Virus record (IMG/VR): IMGVR_UViG_3300028586_000750
Direction: 5' to 3' (one strand)
Origin: a virus
Length of the DNA stretch: 64,000 nt
This document shows positions 20,156 through 29,958 of this stretch, piece after piece. Each line of letters begins with the position of its first letter. Positions within the stretch are counted from its first letter, which is position 1. A program made the position numbers and the translations under genes. The notes below the pieces were generated by a model, which was given only the letters and a program-made list of their open reading frames with translations, did no database searches and was not told where the DNA came from.

Positions 20156-20896
20156 TTACCTGCGGAACATAGCAAGTAGACGAAGAATTTCAATGTAAAG
20201 CCATACGAAGGCAGTGGTGATACCGAAAGCACCAACCCATTCCATGCGTTTTGGAGCTTGGTTGCGTACGCCGTTCTCAATGAACTCATAAGAAATTACA
20301 ATGGTGTATGAGGCAAGTAACGCACCTAGAATACCAATAATAATACCGAAAATGCCGAGGTCAGAACGAATACCAAAGGCACCATCTGTAAGTCCTGTGG
20401 CTGAAAGAACAAAGTTTAGAAGACTGAACAGAACATAACCTGCGAAAGCAACACCGAAAATTTTATTTAGACGAGGCGTTGTGCGGAAGACTTTGGTATG
20501 CGATAAGAACATCACTACAATGAAAACTGATGTTGTTGCAAGTAAAGCCTGAACAACAATACCAGGATACTGTAACTCTAAGCTTAACGACATAAGAGCA
20601 ACAAAGACACCTTGTAGCCCTGCGTAAGTTAATAGAACTACTGGGTTAGTAATGCGCTTGAAGCCAATAACAAGCGCTAGAACAATTGTCGCCCCAATTA
20701 GTCCATAGAAAAGACCTTGTGTAAGGAAAGGTAGTAGAACAAAAATTCCTATACCTGCACCGACGAGAACTGTTACAAAGGACATAATTGTCTTGACGAC
20801 AGTTCCTTCATAAGTCATTACCTCTGTGCCAGCATTGAAGCTAGGACGGTAGTCCTTTTGGAACGCTTCATTGTTTGTAAAGACGGGTGATGCCAT
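20156..20896 (-). CDS. Bax inhibitor-1/YccA family membrane protein
   Basis: MTYEGTVVKT, YAGLQG, QALLAT, TAFVWLYIEILRLL; 7 TM. Confidence 0.9.
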   Translation of the reverse strand: MASPVFTNNEAFQKDYRPSFNAGTEVMTYEGTVVKTIMSFVTVLVGAGIGIFVLLPFLTQGLFYGLIGATIVLALVIGFKRITNPVVLLTYAGLQGVFVALMSLSLELQYPGIVVQALLATTSVFIVVMFLSHTKVFRTTPRLNKIFGVAFAGYVLFSLLNFVLSATGLTDGAFGIRSDLGIFGIIIGILGALLASYTIVISYEFIENGVRNQAPKRMEWVGAFGITTAFVWLYIEILRLLAMFRR

Positions 20897-20947
20897 ATTT
20901 TATCTTTCTCCCAAAAGTTTCGTATATGTATTATACCAGTTTTTTGA

Positions 20948-21187
20948 TTAAGCTACACGATGCTCAGGGATGACAGTCTTAAGGTCACTGCCGGAACCTT
21001 CAACAACTTGCTCAGTTTCTGAATTAGCACTCCATCCACCGAGCTTGTGAGGCATAGCCTCTAGGTATTTAATTCGGATAGTGCGCAAACCTGCGGGGTT
21101 CTTGGTGTGCAGACGATACGTGATGCGAACACTCTTTCCGCCGACCTGCTTCTCTACAACTTTTTCTGCTACAACTGGATTTGCCAT
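20948..21187 (-). CDS. hypothetical protein
   Basis: AAGGAG RBS. Confidence 0.7.
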   Translation of the reverse strand: MANPVVAEKVVEKQVGGKSVRITYRLHTKNPAGLRTIRIKYLEAMPHKLGGWSANSETEQVVEGSGSDLKTVIPEHRVA

Positions 21188-21291
21188 TGGTGATGCTCCT
21201 TTAAATAGTATACTTTAAGCTTATACTATAAGTAACACAAAAGCAAGTTGTATATATTCCTTTTACGCATATAATCTGGTATGATAAGCAG

Positions 21292-21999
21292 ATGACAAAT
21301 AGACATAATGAGGTACTTAACCGTAACGGTCAATCAGTATCTTTACCTTCAATTCAAAAGAATTATGGGGTTAGTTCAGATCCGGTGAAAAAGGCAGCAG
21401 TCCTTAACTCTATTGTTGCTGTGTTCGTTACTGTTGGAATTATTGCTTTAAACTTACCTTACCTAATTGTTGCACTTCTTATTCCTGTAGCAGCAATGGT
21501 TTATGTATATTTCGCACAAGATTACCGTATTAACTCTTATCGTGACAAATATTTCCTTACCGTTTTAAGCCCTTGGTTCAAAGATAACTTTGGTTACCAA
21601 TTGCATACGTTTGACATTAAACGTTTCATGGATGGTATTGCAATTATTGCTACTAACAACCTTGATAAAGACGAAGAGGTTCATATTTTTGCTCGCTATG
21701 ACACCGAAAAAGACGAAATTTATGTCTCTAACGCTGTTGGGCAAGAAGGTCTAAACGAGCTTACTGACTATGCTGGTGTACGTTACAGTTCCCCACGAGT
21801 TTCACCTTTCGTAAGAAGCAAAGGTAAAGAAGGTTACATAGATGAAGCTGGTTACTTCAAGAGTGTAGACACTGGAACTGATGCCGGGTTCTTCATTGTT
21901 GCTTATTCTGCAACCTCTGATGGTAATTCAAGCTCAGACGGTGGAAGTAGCGACAGTGATAGTGGTGGAGGCGACGGCGGGGGTGGTGGCGGTGATTAA
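21292..21999 (+). CDS. membrane protein with Gly/Ser/Asp tail
   Basis: Two TM helices; C-terminal SDGGSSDSDSGGGDGGGGGGD. Confidence 0.75.
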   Translation: MTNRHNEVLNRNGQSVSLPSIQKNYGVSSDPVKKAAVLNSIVAVFVTVGIIALNLPYLIVALLIPVAAMVYVYFAQDYRINSYRDKYFLTVLSPWFKDNFGYQLHTFDIKRFMDGIAIIATNNLDKDEEVHIFARYDTEKDEIYVSNAVGQEGLNELTDYAGVRYSSPRVSPFVRSKGKEGYIDEAGYFKSVDTGTDAGFFIVAYSATSDGNSSSDGGSSDSDSGGGDGGGGGGD

Positions 22000-22042
22000 C
22001 CAATACGACATCAGATGGTATTCCACTGACATACAATACCTT

Positions 22043-22582
22043 ATGCTCATGTTAAGAAGAGCGAATTTCGGTAATGAAAGCATTCAACTAAAGACAAACG
22101 TAGTTGTCGTTGAAAAAACTCGTTATTTTAAACCATCAGCAGAAGACGCTAAGTACAATTTAACGTTCCCTTATGAAGCCCGCAACATTGTTCGTCCAAA
22201 AGAAAAGCCTTTAGAGGCTGATGAGTTACTTTATATCTTCAACCTACTTATAAAGACAGAAGCTAGCATTCGTCAACAAATTATGTTGAAAAAGAAAAAG
22301 AAGAACTCTGTTAAGTTAACATCCATTAAAGAAGAGCTAGTTCAAGAACTTCTTGTTTTGGGTAGTACGAAGTTTTTAAGGGATGCTCTGTATGTGATTA
22401 GACAAGAAGTGTTAGAGGCTAAAAAGCTTGAAAACTTCATTCCAGATATGGATGAAACTGTGTATTTGGATAATATTGTAAAATCAGTGCGCCCTTTGGA
22501 TCGTTCTTTGGTTCCTGACCCTGTTAATCATGTTAGAACTTGTTCTTGTGATTGCTGGAAAGATACTGTTTTAAATCCTTAA
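22043..22582 (+). CDS. hypothetical protein
   Basis: In-frame ATG chosen downstream of the preceding stop; start uncertain. Confidence 0.6.
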   Translation: MLMLRRANFGNESIQLKTNVVVVEKTRYFKPSAEDAKYNLTFPYEARNIVRPKEKPLEADELLYIFNLLIKTEASIRQQIMLKKKKKNSVKLTSIKEELVQELLVLGSTKFLRDALYVIRQEVLEAKKLENFIPDMDETVYLDNIVKSVRPLDRSLVPDPVNHVRTCSCDCWKDTVLNP

Positions 22583-22607
22583 AAAGGTTTCATGGTATTA
22601 TCATAAT

Positions 22608-23402
22608 ATGAAAAACAACGCACCGGGAAAAGACATAGATAACAGTCTCAATTTACCTGCGAAAGCTTATTGGGATAAGTTAGCAGCTAGTCCTGACTTC
22701 AAATTTACCTTTGATCATGAACGCCCTATTCCACTTTTTGATGTATTCATTGAAGACCTTAAAAAGGTAAACACTAAAGTTTACGGCAAGAAAAGAAAAT
22801 TTAGCGAGTTCAAAGGTTATCTTATTGGTAGCAGTTCTGTTTCCACAGGTGGAATTGGTTTAGGGATTTTAGGGTTAGCACTCTTTCCTGTAGCACCAAT
22901 GGTTACTTTTGGTTTGATTCCTTTGGGACTAATGGGTTTGGTTGCTGGCGTTCCTTTGTTATTTTATGATAAAGGAGTAACTTCAACTTATGCGTGGAAA
23001 ATGTTGCGACCTAAGTACGCAGAGGCTGTCAAAGAATGGCTTCTTACAAACAACCTTAAAGATTTAGCAGAACACCCTGATTTTGATACTTTACTTTCAA
23101 CATGCAAAGGAACATTCAAAATCACTAAAGATGTTTCATATGAAGTAACAAATGACAAAAAATTTATCTATATTGAAAAAGTCATTCGTGAAGATATCGA
23201 AGTACCTGCAAATCTTGAAGAACCAACAACATTCTTCGCTTTACCTAGCGCTGAAAGTGTTAAGAAGAAAGCTTTAACGGCTGATATAACTGCTTTACTT
23301 GATGAAGATGCTACTCAGGAAGAGCTAGATACATCCGCTCTTGCTCATTCTATTCTTGAAGCAGACGAAGAGGCAGAAGAGTTAGAAGTACCTAAAGCAT
23401 AA
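22608..23402 (+). CDS. membrane protein
   Basis: Central TM hairpin, acidic tail. Confidence 0.75.
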   Translation: MKNNAPGKDIDNSLNLPAKAYWDKLAASPDFKFTFDHERPIPLFDVFIEDLKKVNTKVYGKKRKFSEFKGYLIGSSSVSTGGIGLGILGLALFPVAPMVTFGLIPLGLMGLVAGVPLLFYDKGVTSTYAWKMLRPKYAEAVKEWLLTNNLKDLAEHPDFDTLLSTCKGTFKITKDVSYEVTNDKKFIYIEKVIREDIEVPANLEEPTTFFALPSAESVKKKALTADITALLDEDATQEELDTSALAHSILEADEEAEELEVPKA

Positions 23403-23446
23403 ATAAGTTAACCCCCACCAGAATTAACTGGTGGGGGTTAACTTAT
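23403..23446. repeat. palindrome family member, 19-bp stem
   Basis: ataagttaacccccaccag aattaa ctggtgggggttaacttat. Confidence 0.9.
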
Positions 23447-23462
23447 AGGGAGGAAGTTGGAC

Positions 23463-23708
23463 TTACTCTTCCTCATCACCGCCGAAGAGGCTGTCCCAGC
23501 AGTCGCTGTGAGTACCGGAGATAAGAAGCTCACGGTCATCAATGCTAAGCTCAGGAAAAACATCCTGAATGTAAGCCTGACGCCCCAACCATGCGTTAAG
23601 GCTTGTCTCATCAAGGTGAATAACTGAGGACTGGTTGCAAACCATGCAAGCAGGAGTAGTGAATGCAACGAGATTGCTTTCAGCGGAAACAGCCATTATT
23701 TTCTCCAA
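23463..23708 (-). CDS. small Zn-binding phage protein
   Basis: CMVC ... IQDVFPELS.DDRELLISGTHSDCW, a pattern common in actinophages. Confidence 0.7.
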   Translation of the reverse strand: MEKIMAVSAESNLVAFTTPACMVCNQSSVIHLDETSLNAWLGRQAYIQDVFPELSIDDRELLISGTHSDCWDSLFGGDEEE

Positions 23709-23779
23709 GTTAGTTTAGGTGGACTTGCTATAAATCAAGTGTATCTGATTGCAAGCATAGTTGCAACCTAAATTACAAC

Positions 23780-23947
23780 TTAATCTTCAAAAGTAGCGCG
23801 AAGGTCAGCTAGCTGGTATGCCTTCTCAAAACCTGAAATTTCAGGGTTCTGTTCAATGACTGCGCGTTCACGTTGGTATAGTTCAGCAACAGTAATTTTC
23901 TGCTCTGAGGCTTCAACTCGTTTGGCTTCTAGACTTGATTGTGACAT
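23780..23947 (-). CDS. hypothetical protein (55 aa)
   Basis: Hand translation MSQSSLEAKR...ATFED; GAAGGA RBS. Confidence 0.6.
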   Translation of the reverse strand: MSQSSLEAKRVEASEQKITVAELYQRERAVIEQNPEISGFEKAYQLADLRATFED

Positions 23948-24053
23948 TTGTCCTTCTTTCAGGTTTTTTGTAGTTATTACTCTATACTAGAGTACATTGA
24001 TATTTTTTACAACCCTAACCCGATAACTTTTATATAATAACGTCAAGGAAATT

Positions 24054-24578
24054 ATGAGTTTACCCATTAAAGCTGAAATACGTGGTTTTGATTTACCTGC
24101 ATTGATAAATGATGCAAAGCAAGTTAATGTCTTCGATCATGAGTTTCCTGAAACTGAGTTAACTATCAAAACTAAACAAGTTTCTGCGGCAACCTTATCT
24201 GAGTTCATTCGCCGTTATCCTATGGCTGCTCCTGCTCTTGTTAATGCAAAAAAGAAGACAGTAACAATTCGCCTCAACAACGAAGGCATCTTTATTGATG
24301 TGTTATTCGCTTTATTAGATGCAGAGCTAGACCTTTTGGGTAAAGACATTTCTAATAAAAAGTACGATGATACTCGTAGCTCTATAATTCGTGAATTCCG
24401 TCGTCAAGTTCCTTTTACTTCTATGACATATGGTTTCCTAGAAGATGAACTAACACGTGAAAAAATTATGATTGATACAAGTACCGAAGAATTTAAGCAA
24501 AATGTTGAAGACATTGTTGCCAAAGTTAAGGCCAAACGTAAAACTAATGGCACTCCTAAAAGAACAGGTCTAATTTAA
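24054..24578 (+). CDS. hypothetical protein
   Basis: AAGGA RBS; TAATG-coupled to next gene. Confidence 0.75.
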   Translation: MSLPIKAEIRGFDLPALINDAKQVNVFDHEFPETELTIKTKQVSAATLSEFIRRYPMAAPALVNAKKKTVTIRLNNEGIFIDVLFALLDAELDLLGKDISNKKYDDTRSSIIREFRRQVPFTSMTYGFLEDELTREKIMIDTSTEEFKQNVEDIVAKVKAKRKTNGTPKRTGLI

Positions 24579-24808
24579 TGGCATCCCAACAGCGTAAAGA
24601 AACCATTGAATACGCGGTACTTGTTATCAGCGGAGACAAGAAAAACATTGTTCCTAAAAATTCCAAAGATGAAGCGTTAGATGCTGTAGCTACTTACAAT
24701 ATGGAGACACCTTTATTTGGAGATAGTGTTGAAGCTCATCTTATTGCAAGAACCAAAACTGTCACTGTTGATTTTGGTAATTGGGGTAAAATAAAGCCTC
24801 GCTCATAA
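24578..24808 (+). CDS. hypothetical protein
   Basis: Translationally coupled. Confidence 0.7.
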   Translation: MASQQRKETIEYAVLVISGDKKNIVPKNSKDEALDAVATYNMETPLFGDSVEAHLIARTKTVTVDFGNWGKIKPRS

Positions 24809-24828
24809 TATACAAGCGAGGCTTTATT

Positions 24829-25185
24829 TTACCACTCAGATTTTACCCATTCAGGCTCTTTGACGCCCTCAGGGATTTGGACACCTTTCCAGTTACATGC
24901 AAGGTATCTAGCTGTACTGTCTGCTTTCTGGAAACAAGGAATTTTTACACCGTCAGCTTTAATCCACTCTAGCTCTAGCTGTTCTGAATTCTCATCAGTC
25001 TTAGTGAGAGAAGGCGCAAGAGTTTCAAAATTACATTCTAGGTTAGCACCTGTTTCAAAGCACATAACGTCACCTAATGATGTTCCATACCATTTAATGT
25101 TAGTATCATCGCTCCCGGCTCCACAAGCAGTGAGCGACAGTGTTGCCGCTACAACTAGACCAATAACTAGGCCAATTTTACGCAT
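24829..25185 (-). CDS. Cys-rich lipoprotein
   Basis: Lipobox LTAC; two C-x(n)-L-x-C-N-(F/W) motifs. Confidence 0.8.
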   Translation of the reverse strand: MRKIGLVIGLVVAATLSLTACGAGSDDTNIKWYGTSLGDVMCFETGANLECNFETLAPSLTKTDENSEQLELEWIKADGVKIPCFQKADSTARYLACNWKGVQIPEGVKEPEWVKSEW

Positions 25186-25288
25186 TAGGTTTTCTCTCTA
25201 CTTAACCAATAATAATACTCTTAGTTTAGCCTACTAAAAGACGTATGTCAACACACATAAAAATAACCTTTAGGTTTTACCCTAAAGG

Positions 25289-25465
25289 TTACCGCTCTCC
25301 GTTGCGAATAGCATTTTCTTTAATTGCTTTCCTAGTCCTTTGACGATTAGGACGGTTATCATGTGTTCCAGCTTTGTTACCAAAAGCTATATCACGTAAA
25401 CCTTTAGCTAACTCAGGATTAGCTACACGGTAAGATGAGCCGTTATTTTTCTTTTTCTTAGCCAT
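25289..25465 (-). CDS. small basic protein (58 aa)
   Basis: Hand translation MAKKKKNNGS...HDNRPNRQRTRKAIKK; GAAAGGA RBS. Confidence 0.65.
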   Translation of the reverse strand: MAKKKKNNGSSYRVANPELAKGLRDIAFGNKAGTHDNRPNRQRTRKAIKENAIRNGER

Positions 25466-25575
25466 AGCTTTCCTTTCTTAACTATTATGCTTATATTATA
25501 TCGGTATAAAAGTTTATCATAAATAACTAAAGAAGCCACCAACATTGTATATGTTGGTGGCTTCTTTATGCTTGT

Positions 25576-25839
25576 TTAAAGAAAAGATAGAACTACACGG
25601 TAAATTACCCATACTGCAAGCGCAGAAAGAGCAACAATGTGAAGAGCTAATGGCTTTAGAACCTTTTCAAGCTTTCTCGCTTTTGCGTGCCATTTCTGGA
25701 AAAGCTCTTCGCTCTTAGGGAACGTTAGACCATCACGCTTTGTAACAGGTTTAGTGAGCTTGATATATACAAGAGCACCAAAGAAGACAAGCTCTAAGAA
25801 CAAGGCTATTGATAGCAGGGAATAGTCGATAAAAGACAA
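25576..25839 (-). CDS. membrane protein
   Basis: Two TM helices. Confidence 0.65.
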   Translation of the reverse strand: MSFIDYSLLSIALFLELVFFGALVYIKLTKPVTKRDGLTFPKSEELFQKWHAKARKLEKVLKPLALHIVALSALAVWVIYRVVLSFL

Positions 25840-25971
25840 GTTTTTTCTCTCGGTAGAAGTTAATGAACTTTGTTAGCTACAGCTTACCTGTTTTTTAAAG
25901 GTAATGCAACCTAAAATGACGAATGGAGCAAACATTTCTGTCTACTCCATTCGTCATTTGTTCTTCAGTGC

Positions 25972-26664
25972 TTAGGCGACAAGCCAATCCGCTACAAGAG
26001 GGATTTGACGGTCAAAGGTCCACTCAGCCTCAGGGTGGAACTGAACAGCCTTGATTGTACCGTCCTCGCTTTCAAGGGCCTCTACAACACCGTCAGTGCT
26101 GTAAGCAGTACCGACAAGGCCGTAACCGAAGTCCTTAACGGACTGGTGGTGAGAGCAACGCACGTCACCCATCTGAGAAAGCATAGGGTCGTCAGTCTCA
26201 ATCGCAGTTACAGCGAAGCGGTCACGAAGCTGCGTGTAGCTCTTGTTCTTGTGGCCGTCAAAGTCCTGAATAAGGCTACCACCAAGGGCAACGTTAATGA
26301 CCTGTAGACCACGGCAGATACCGAAGACACGCTTGCCCTGTAGTGAAGCGTAACGGACAGCTTCCATCTGAATGTAGTCACCCTTTGCAGTGTGAAGACC
26401 ACCGTTAGGGTAAACCCAAGGGCCGTCGTAGAATGCAGGGTGAACGTCCTCACCACCGGGAAGAAGAACAGCGTCAACCTCATCCACAATCTTGTGGATT
26501 TCGTTGATTTCCAGGTTGGAGGCAACCTTAACGATGGGGGTTACCCCAAGCTTCTCAAAATAGGTGCCAAGCGGACCCATGATGTATTCCTTAGCATACG
26601 CGTTGAACGATGCCGAACGGCCAGAGACGCTCGATGCGTCAAGGATAAGAACCTTCTTAGTCAT
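25972..26664 (-). CDS. gamma-glutamyl-gamma-aminobutyrate hydrolase-like peptidase C26 (class I glutamine amidotransferase)
   Basis: LLPGGEDVHP, FGICRGLQ, SHHQ, AVQFHPE (Cys-His-Glu triad). Confidence 0.93.
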   Translation of the reverse strand: MTKKVLILDASSVSGRSASFNAYAKEYIMGPLGTYFEKLGVTPIVKVASNLEINEIHKIVDEVDAVLLPGGEDVHPAFYDGPWVYPNGGLHTAKGDYIQMEAVRYASLQGKRVFGICRGLQVINVALGGSLIQDFDGHKNKSYTQLRDRFAVTAIETDDPMLSQMGDVRCSHHQSVKDFGYGLVGTAYSTDGVVEALESEDGTIKAVQFHPEAEWTFDRQIPLVADWLVA

Positions 26665-26838
26665 TATCTTTTCCTTCTTCTCTCAGTGGTTTTTCTCTCT
26701 AAGTACAGTCTTACAGAGTTTCTATGATTATGCAACTGCAAATAGATTTTTCTTACAAAATCTTGGTTATTAACCTAGTATAGCAACTTATACACAGGTT
26801 GTCAACAGGTTATGCACAGTTTATTTGGCTATTTATAC

Positions 26839-27192
26839 CTACCAAGTTGTAGGATGCCAGGAATAGTATCCGTCATTACCGTACTTAGTGAAACCATTTT
26901 TCACATAAAACTTGATAACATCATCAGAAGAAACATTCTCAATCTTCTCTGGGAACAAAATTACAGGAAGCTGAACCAGCAAAGCTAGCGCTTGAATTTG
27001 GTTAAGAGCTTTAGTGCCATGCCCTTGCTTTTGCTCCTGAACAGGAACACTAATAAGTCTTACGTGAATGTGCTTGTATTTCTGTGAAACAAAAGCGTCA
27101 ACTACAGTGGATGATTTATTCAAAGCTTTCATGCGTATAAGGGAAAAGACATACTTGAAAACTAGTGCCTTAAACGCGATAAGTGAGAACAT
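26839..27192 (-). CDS. GNAT-family acetyltransferase
   Basis: VPVQEQKQGHGTKAL acetyl-CoA motif A, FYVKNGF. Confidence 0.72.
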   Translation of the reverse strand: MFSLIAFKALVFKYVFSLIRMKALNKSSTVVDAFVSQKYKHIHVRLISVPVQEQKQGHGTKALNQIQALALLVQLPVILFPEKIENVSSDDVIKFYVKNGFTKYGNDGYYSWHPTTW

Positions 27193-27252
27193 GCTTGTTA
27201 GTGTATCAGATGTGTTCTTGAAAATCTACTCTATTTATGCTAGCATGAAGAT

Positions 27253-27666
27253 ATGCGTACTTTATCTAAAAAGTTACTTATCTTACCCGTAATTGCTGGT
27301 CTAGCATTAGGCTTAGCAGCTTGTTCTAGCGAAATAAGCACAGCAGAAGATGGCACTGTTTCTGCTGCACATGCAGAGGACAATACAGCAACTAAAGATG
27401 TGAATGAGGCAGTGCAGCCTATTACATTTTCTTTCCCTGATGATAGTACCGTAAACTGCCTTTTCAGTAGTTCGAGGAGAGCGTTAGGTCTTTCCTGTGA
27501 TTGGGACAGTGCTGGTCCCGCTGGAAATACAGTTGAAAAATATCTAATTTTTGATGACATGGATGCCGAATTCACCACTAGCGTTGAAGAAATCAATGGT
27601 CAAGAAGTCCGATGCATCAACTATACTGCTGCTAACTACCGTGGAGATTTAGTCTGTGACTTATAA
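27253..27666 (+). CDS. Cys-rich lipoprotein
   Basis: Lipobox LAAC; CLF...LSCDW and CIN...LVCDL motifs. Confidence 0.8.
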   Translation: MRTLSKKLLILPVIAGLALGLAACSSEISTAEDGTVSAAHAEDNTATKDVNEAVQPITFSFPDDSTVNCLFSSSRRALGLSCDWDSAGPAGNTVEKYLIFDDMDAEFTTSVEEINGQEVRCINYTAANYRGDLVCDL

Positions 27667-28174
27667 GACATATGGTATTTATTCTCAATTCCTCATTAAA
27701 CCCCTTGATGTGCGCTTAAATTGCCATACCAAAAATAGGGATGCTATTGTTGCGGCTGATTTGCTAGTAACTAAACGCTATCTTTCCACTGCCGCTTCAA
27801 CCGTAGTTTTCATGACTATGTTTTTTAAAACCTTGTATGAAATGGAAGAAGACAGCTTCCTTAAAGCGGATGATCGTCTGGTTTCTGCTTTATTGCATGC
27901 AACTGTCTCTTACGGAAGAGTTTATGCAACTGACAAATTAGTCATTCCTGAGCATGAACTGTGTGTAGAAGAAATTGTTCAACTATTTCGCACATCTTTG
28001 TCTTCCAAGGACGATATTTACTTATCAATGGCATCATTGCCTCGTCATGATAGTAAACAGGTTGTTAAATATGCTGTGCGTATGGAAACAATGGAATATT
28101 TTGATGACGAAGATTTGATGGAATACGACGATAGCGATATTGATTCACAGAATAGGAGGATCACAAATGAGTAA
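27656..28174 (+). CDS. hypothetical protein
   Basis: Overlaps neighbours in an operon. Confidence 0.7.
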   Translation: MTYKTYGIYSQFLIKPLDVRLNCHTKNRDAIVAADLLVTKRYLSTAASTVVFMTMFFKTLYEMEEDSFLKADDRLVSALLHATVSYGRVYATDKLVIPEHELCVEEIVQLFRTSLSSKDDIYLSMASLPRHDSKQVVKYAVRMETMEYFDDEDLMEYDDSDIDSQNRRITNE

Positions 28175-28415
28175 TATTTTAGTTACTTTTGAATACAATG
28201 CAAGCACTTGGAGCTTTGCGGACGCTGAGGAACATGCAACTGTCGTTGCTCGTGACCTCGGTGGAGAAATTGACGAAACAATTTCAGATGACGACGAAGT
28301 GCACCAAATCATTGTTCTTGTAGAAGACAGTACAGTTGTTGATGTTCGTGAAGGACTATACGAACTTTCCGCAGCACAAGATGACGTAACTTACAAAGTT
28401 GAAGCAGAAGATTAA
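28167..28415 (+). CDS. hypothetical acidic protein
   Basis: AGGAGG RBS. Confidence 0.75.
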   Translation: MSNILVTFEYNASTWSFADAEEHATVVARDLGGEIDETISDDDEVHQIIVLVEDSTVVDVREGLYELSAAQDDVTYKVEAED

Positions 28416-28836
28416 TTTACCTCAGATAGCCACTAATCTTTCCGATAAGATAGACATGGTTTACAAATTTGAAGTTGAAGTACCCCTTACACAAAGCAGC
28501 ATTGAGAACATGACTGGTGCTCTTATTGATGATAAGGATTATGAGCTTCTAGGCGAGAGCTTACAGGAAGTTTCAATCAGTAAAACTCTTTATGTTGTTG
28601 AAGAAGAAGCGTTAGCTTTGTTGGTTAAAGAGGGTTTGACTGGTGATTTAGCGGATATTCGCTATGAAGAGGTATTTGCTTTGGAAGCCTACCTGTCAAA
28701 TACCCACGGTAGCGTCCCAGTGTCCCTTCTAAAGCCTTTGACTAGCTTAATCGAGGAAATACCTACACTACTCTTAGCAGCCTCGTTAGAAGGCAGTTTA
28801 CTGCGTTTTAGTCAATTTCAACCCGAAGAAAATTAG
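28399..28836 (+). CDS. hypothetical acidic protein
   Basis: ORF track; start uncertain (ATG at 28456 possible). Confidence 0.65.
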   Translation: MKQKINLPQIATNLSDKIDMVYKFEVEVPLTQSSIENMTGALIDDKDYELLGESLQEVSISKTLYVVEEEALALLVKEGLTGDLADIRYEEVFALEAYLSNTHGSVPVSLLKPLTSLIEEIPTLLLAASLEGSLLRFSQFQPEEN

Positions 28837-28931
28837 TTTCAAATAAGAGTTGCATCTAGCCAAGCTTTACCCCTATACTCGTAATAACGAGGCAAGCACC
28901 CTGCTAAGCCTCTTACGTAAAGGAAAAGCTA

Positions 28932-29063
28932 ATGAAGGTTCTCGGACTGGTCGCAGTGATGACTTCCCTTGGTTTCAGCGCGGTTACCCCCGTTGCAGAG
29001 ATTGAGACTAACGTCACCATCGTTTCCGTTTCAGGCTCTGCGGGTATCCTCGCGGACGCGTAA
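28932..29063 (+). CDS. small hydrophobic peptide (43 aa)
   Basis: Hand translation MKVLGLVAVMTSLGFSAVTP...; AAGGA RBS, own promoter and terminator. Confidence 0.55.
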   Translation: MKVLGLVAVMTSLGFSAVTPVAEIETNVTIVSVSGSAGILADA

Positions 29064-29074
29064 CCTTCGTTAGA

Positions 29075-29118
29075 AAGGAAAGGGCCTCACCAGAATTAAC
29101 TGGTGAGGCCCTTTCCTT
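29075..29118. repeat. palindrome family member, 19-bp stem
   Basis: aaggaaagggcctcaccag aattaa ctggtgaggccctttcctt. Confidence 0.9.
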
Positions 29119-29147
29119 ATGCCGTGTAAAAAGACATAGATTATGTT

Positions 29148-29927
29148 TTAGTTATCGTTGAAAGTGACAGCTAGTTCATCAAGACGAGACTGAACAGCAA
29201 TCAAGTGACGGTTAAAGCGGTAGAAACCATCTTCACTAATCCTGTCCTGAATAGCTTTAGCTTGTTCGCGGAAAACAGAAATGAGTGGAGTGTACTTTTT
29301 AACCAAATGAATAGTCATGCTTTTATTAGCGGACGTGTAGTGAAGGCTACCTGCGTTATCGTAAAAGTCAGCAAACTTCACAAGGAAAACAGGGAAGTCG
29401 TTAGTGATAGCCTCTTCAACATGCTGAGCGTAAATAGCACGTTTTTCATCTTTGGTCAATGAAGCAGCATCAGGGTTAATAGGGTTAGAGACAGCTAAAA
29501 CAATACGGCCAACTTCCGCCCCAAAACGACCTGAAAGGAATGAGATAGCTCGCATACGAACATCTTCTTCACTTAGACCCGTTGCGTCTTGACCAGCTAA
29601 ATCTTCAACAATTTCATTAGGGTGGTCCTCTACAGTGTCATGGAGGACAGCGGCAATAAGGATATCAACATCAACAATGTGATAGTAACGAAGAAGACGC
29701 AAAGTGTTACGAAGAGGATGCGTGATATAAGTATCACGAGGCAATCCACCACGGTTAGCGCGAGTGTCATCACGATGTAGGTATGATGCGATTGAAATGG
29801 ACTCGCTTAAATCATCCAAACGAGCAACATTACGTTCACGAGCTAGCTCCATGATAGCAGCAGCTAGTAACGAGCCGTCCATCTTTTTTAGTGGAAGGGA
29901 ACTGATTTTCTCATATAGTGTCTTCAT
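29148..29927 (-). CDS. RelA/SpoT-type HD hydrolase (small alarmone hydrolase/Mesh1-like)
   Basis: H...R...YITHP, AAVLHDTVED, FGAEVGRIV, VKFADFYDN. Confidence 0.87.
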   Translation of the reverse strand: MKTLYEKISSLPLKKMDGSLLAAAIMELARERNVARLDDLSESISIASYLHRDDTRANRGGLPRDTYITHPLRNTLRLLRYYHIVDVDILIAAVLHDTVEDHPNEIVEDLAGQDATGLSEEDVRMRAISFLSGRFGAEVGRIVLAVSNPINPDAASLTKDEKRAIYAQHVEEAITNDFPVFLVKFADFYDNAGSLHYTSANKSMTIHLVKKYTPLISVFREQAKAIQDRISEDGFYRFNRHLIAVQSRLDELAVTFNDN

Positions 29928-29958
29928 ATTTCATCATAACACACTTTTTATATAAAAT

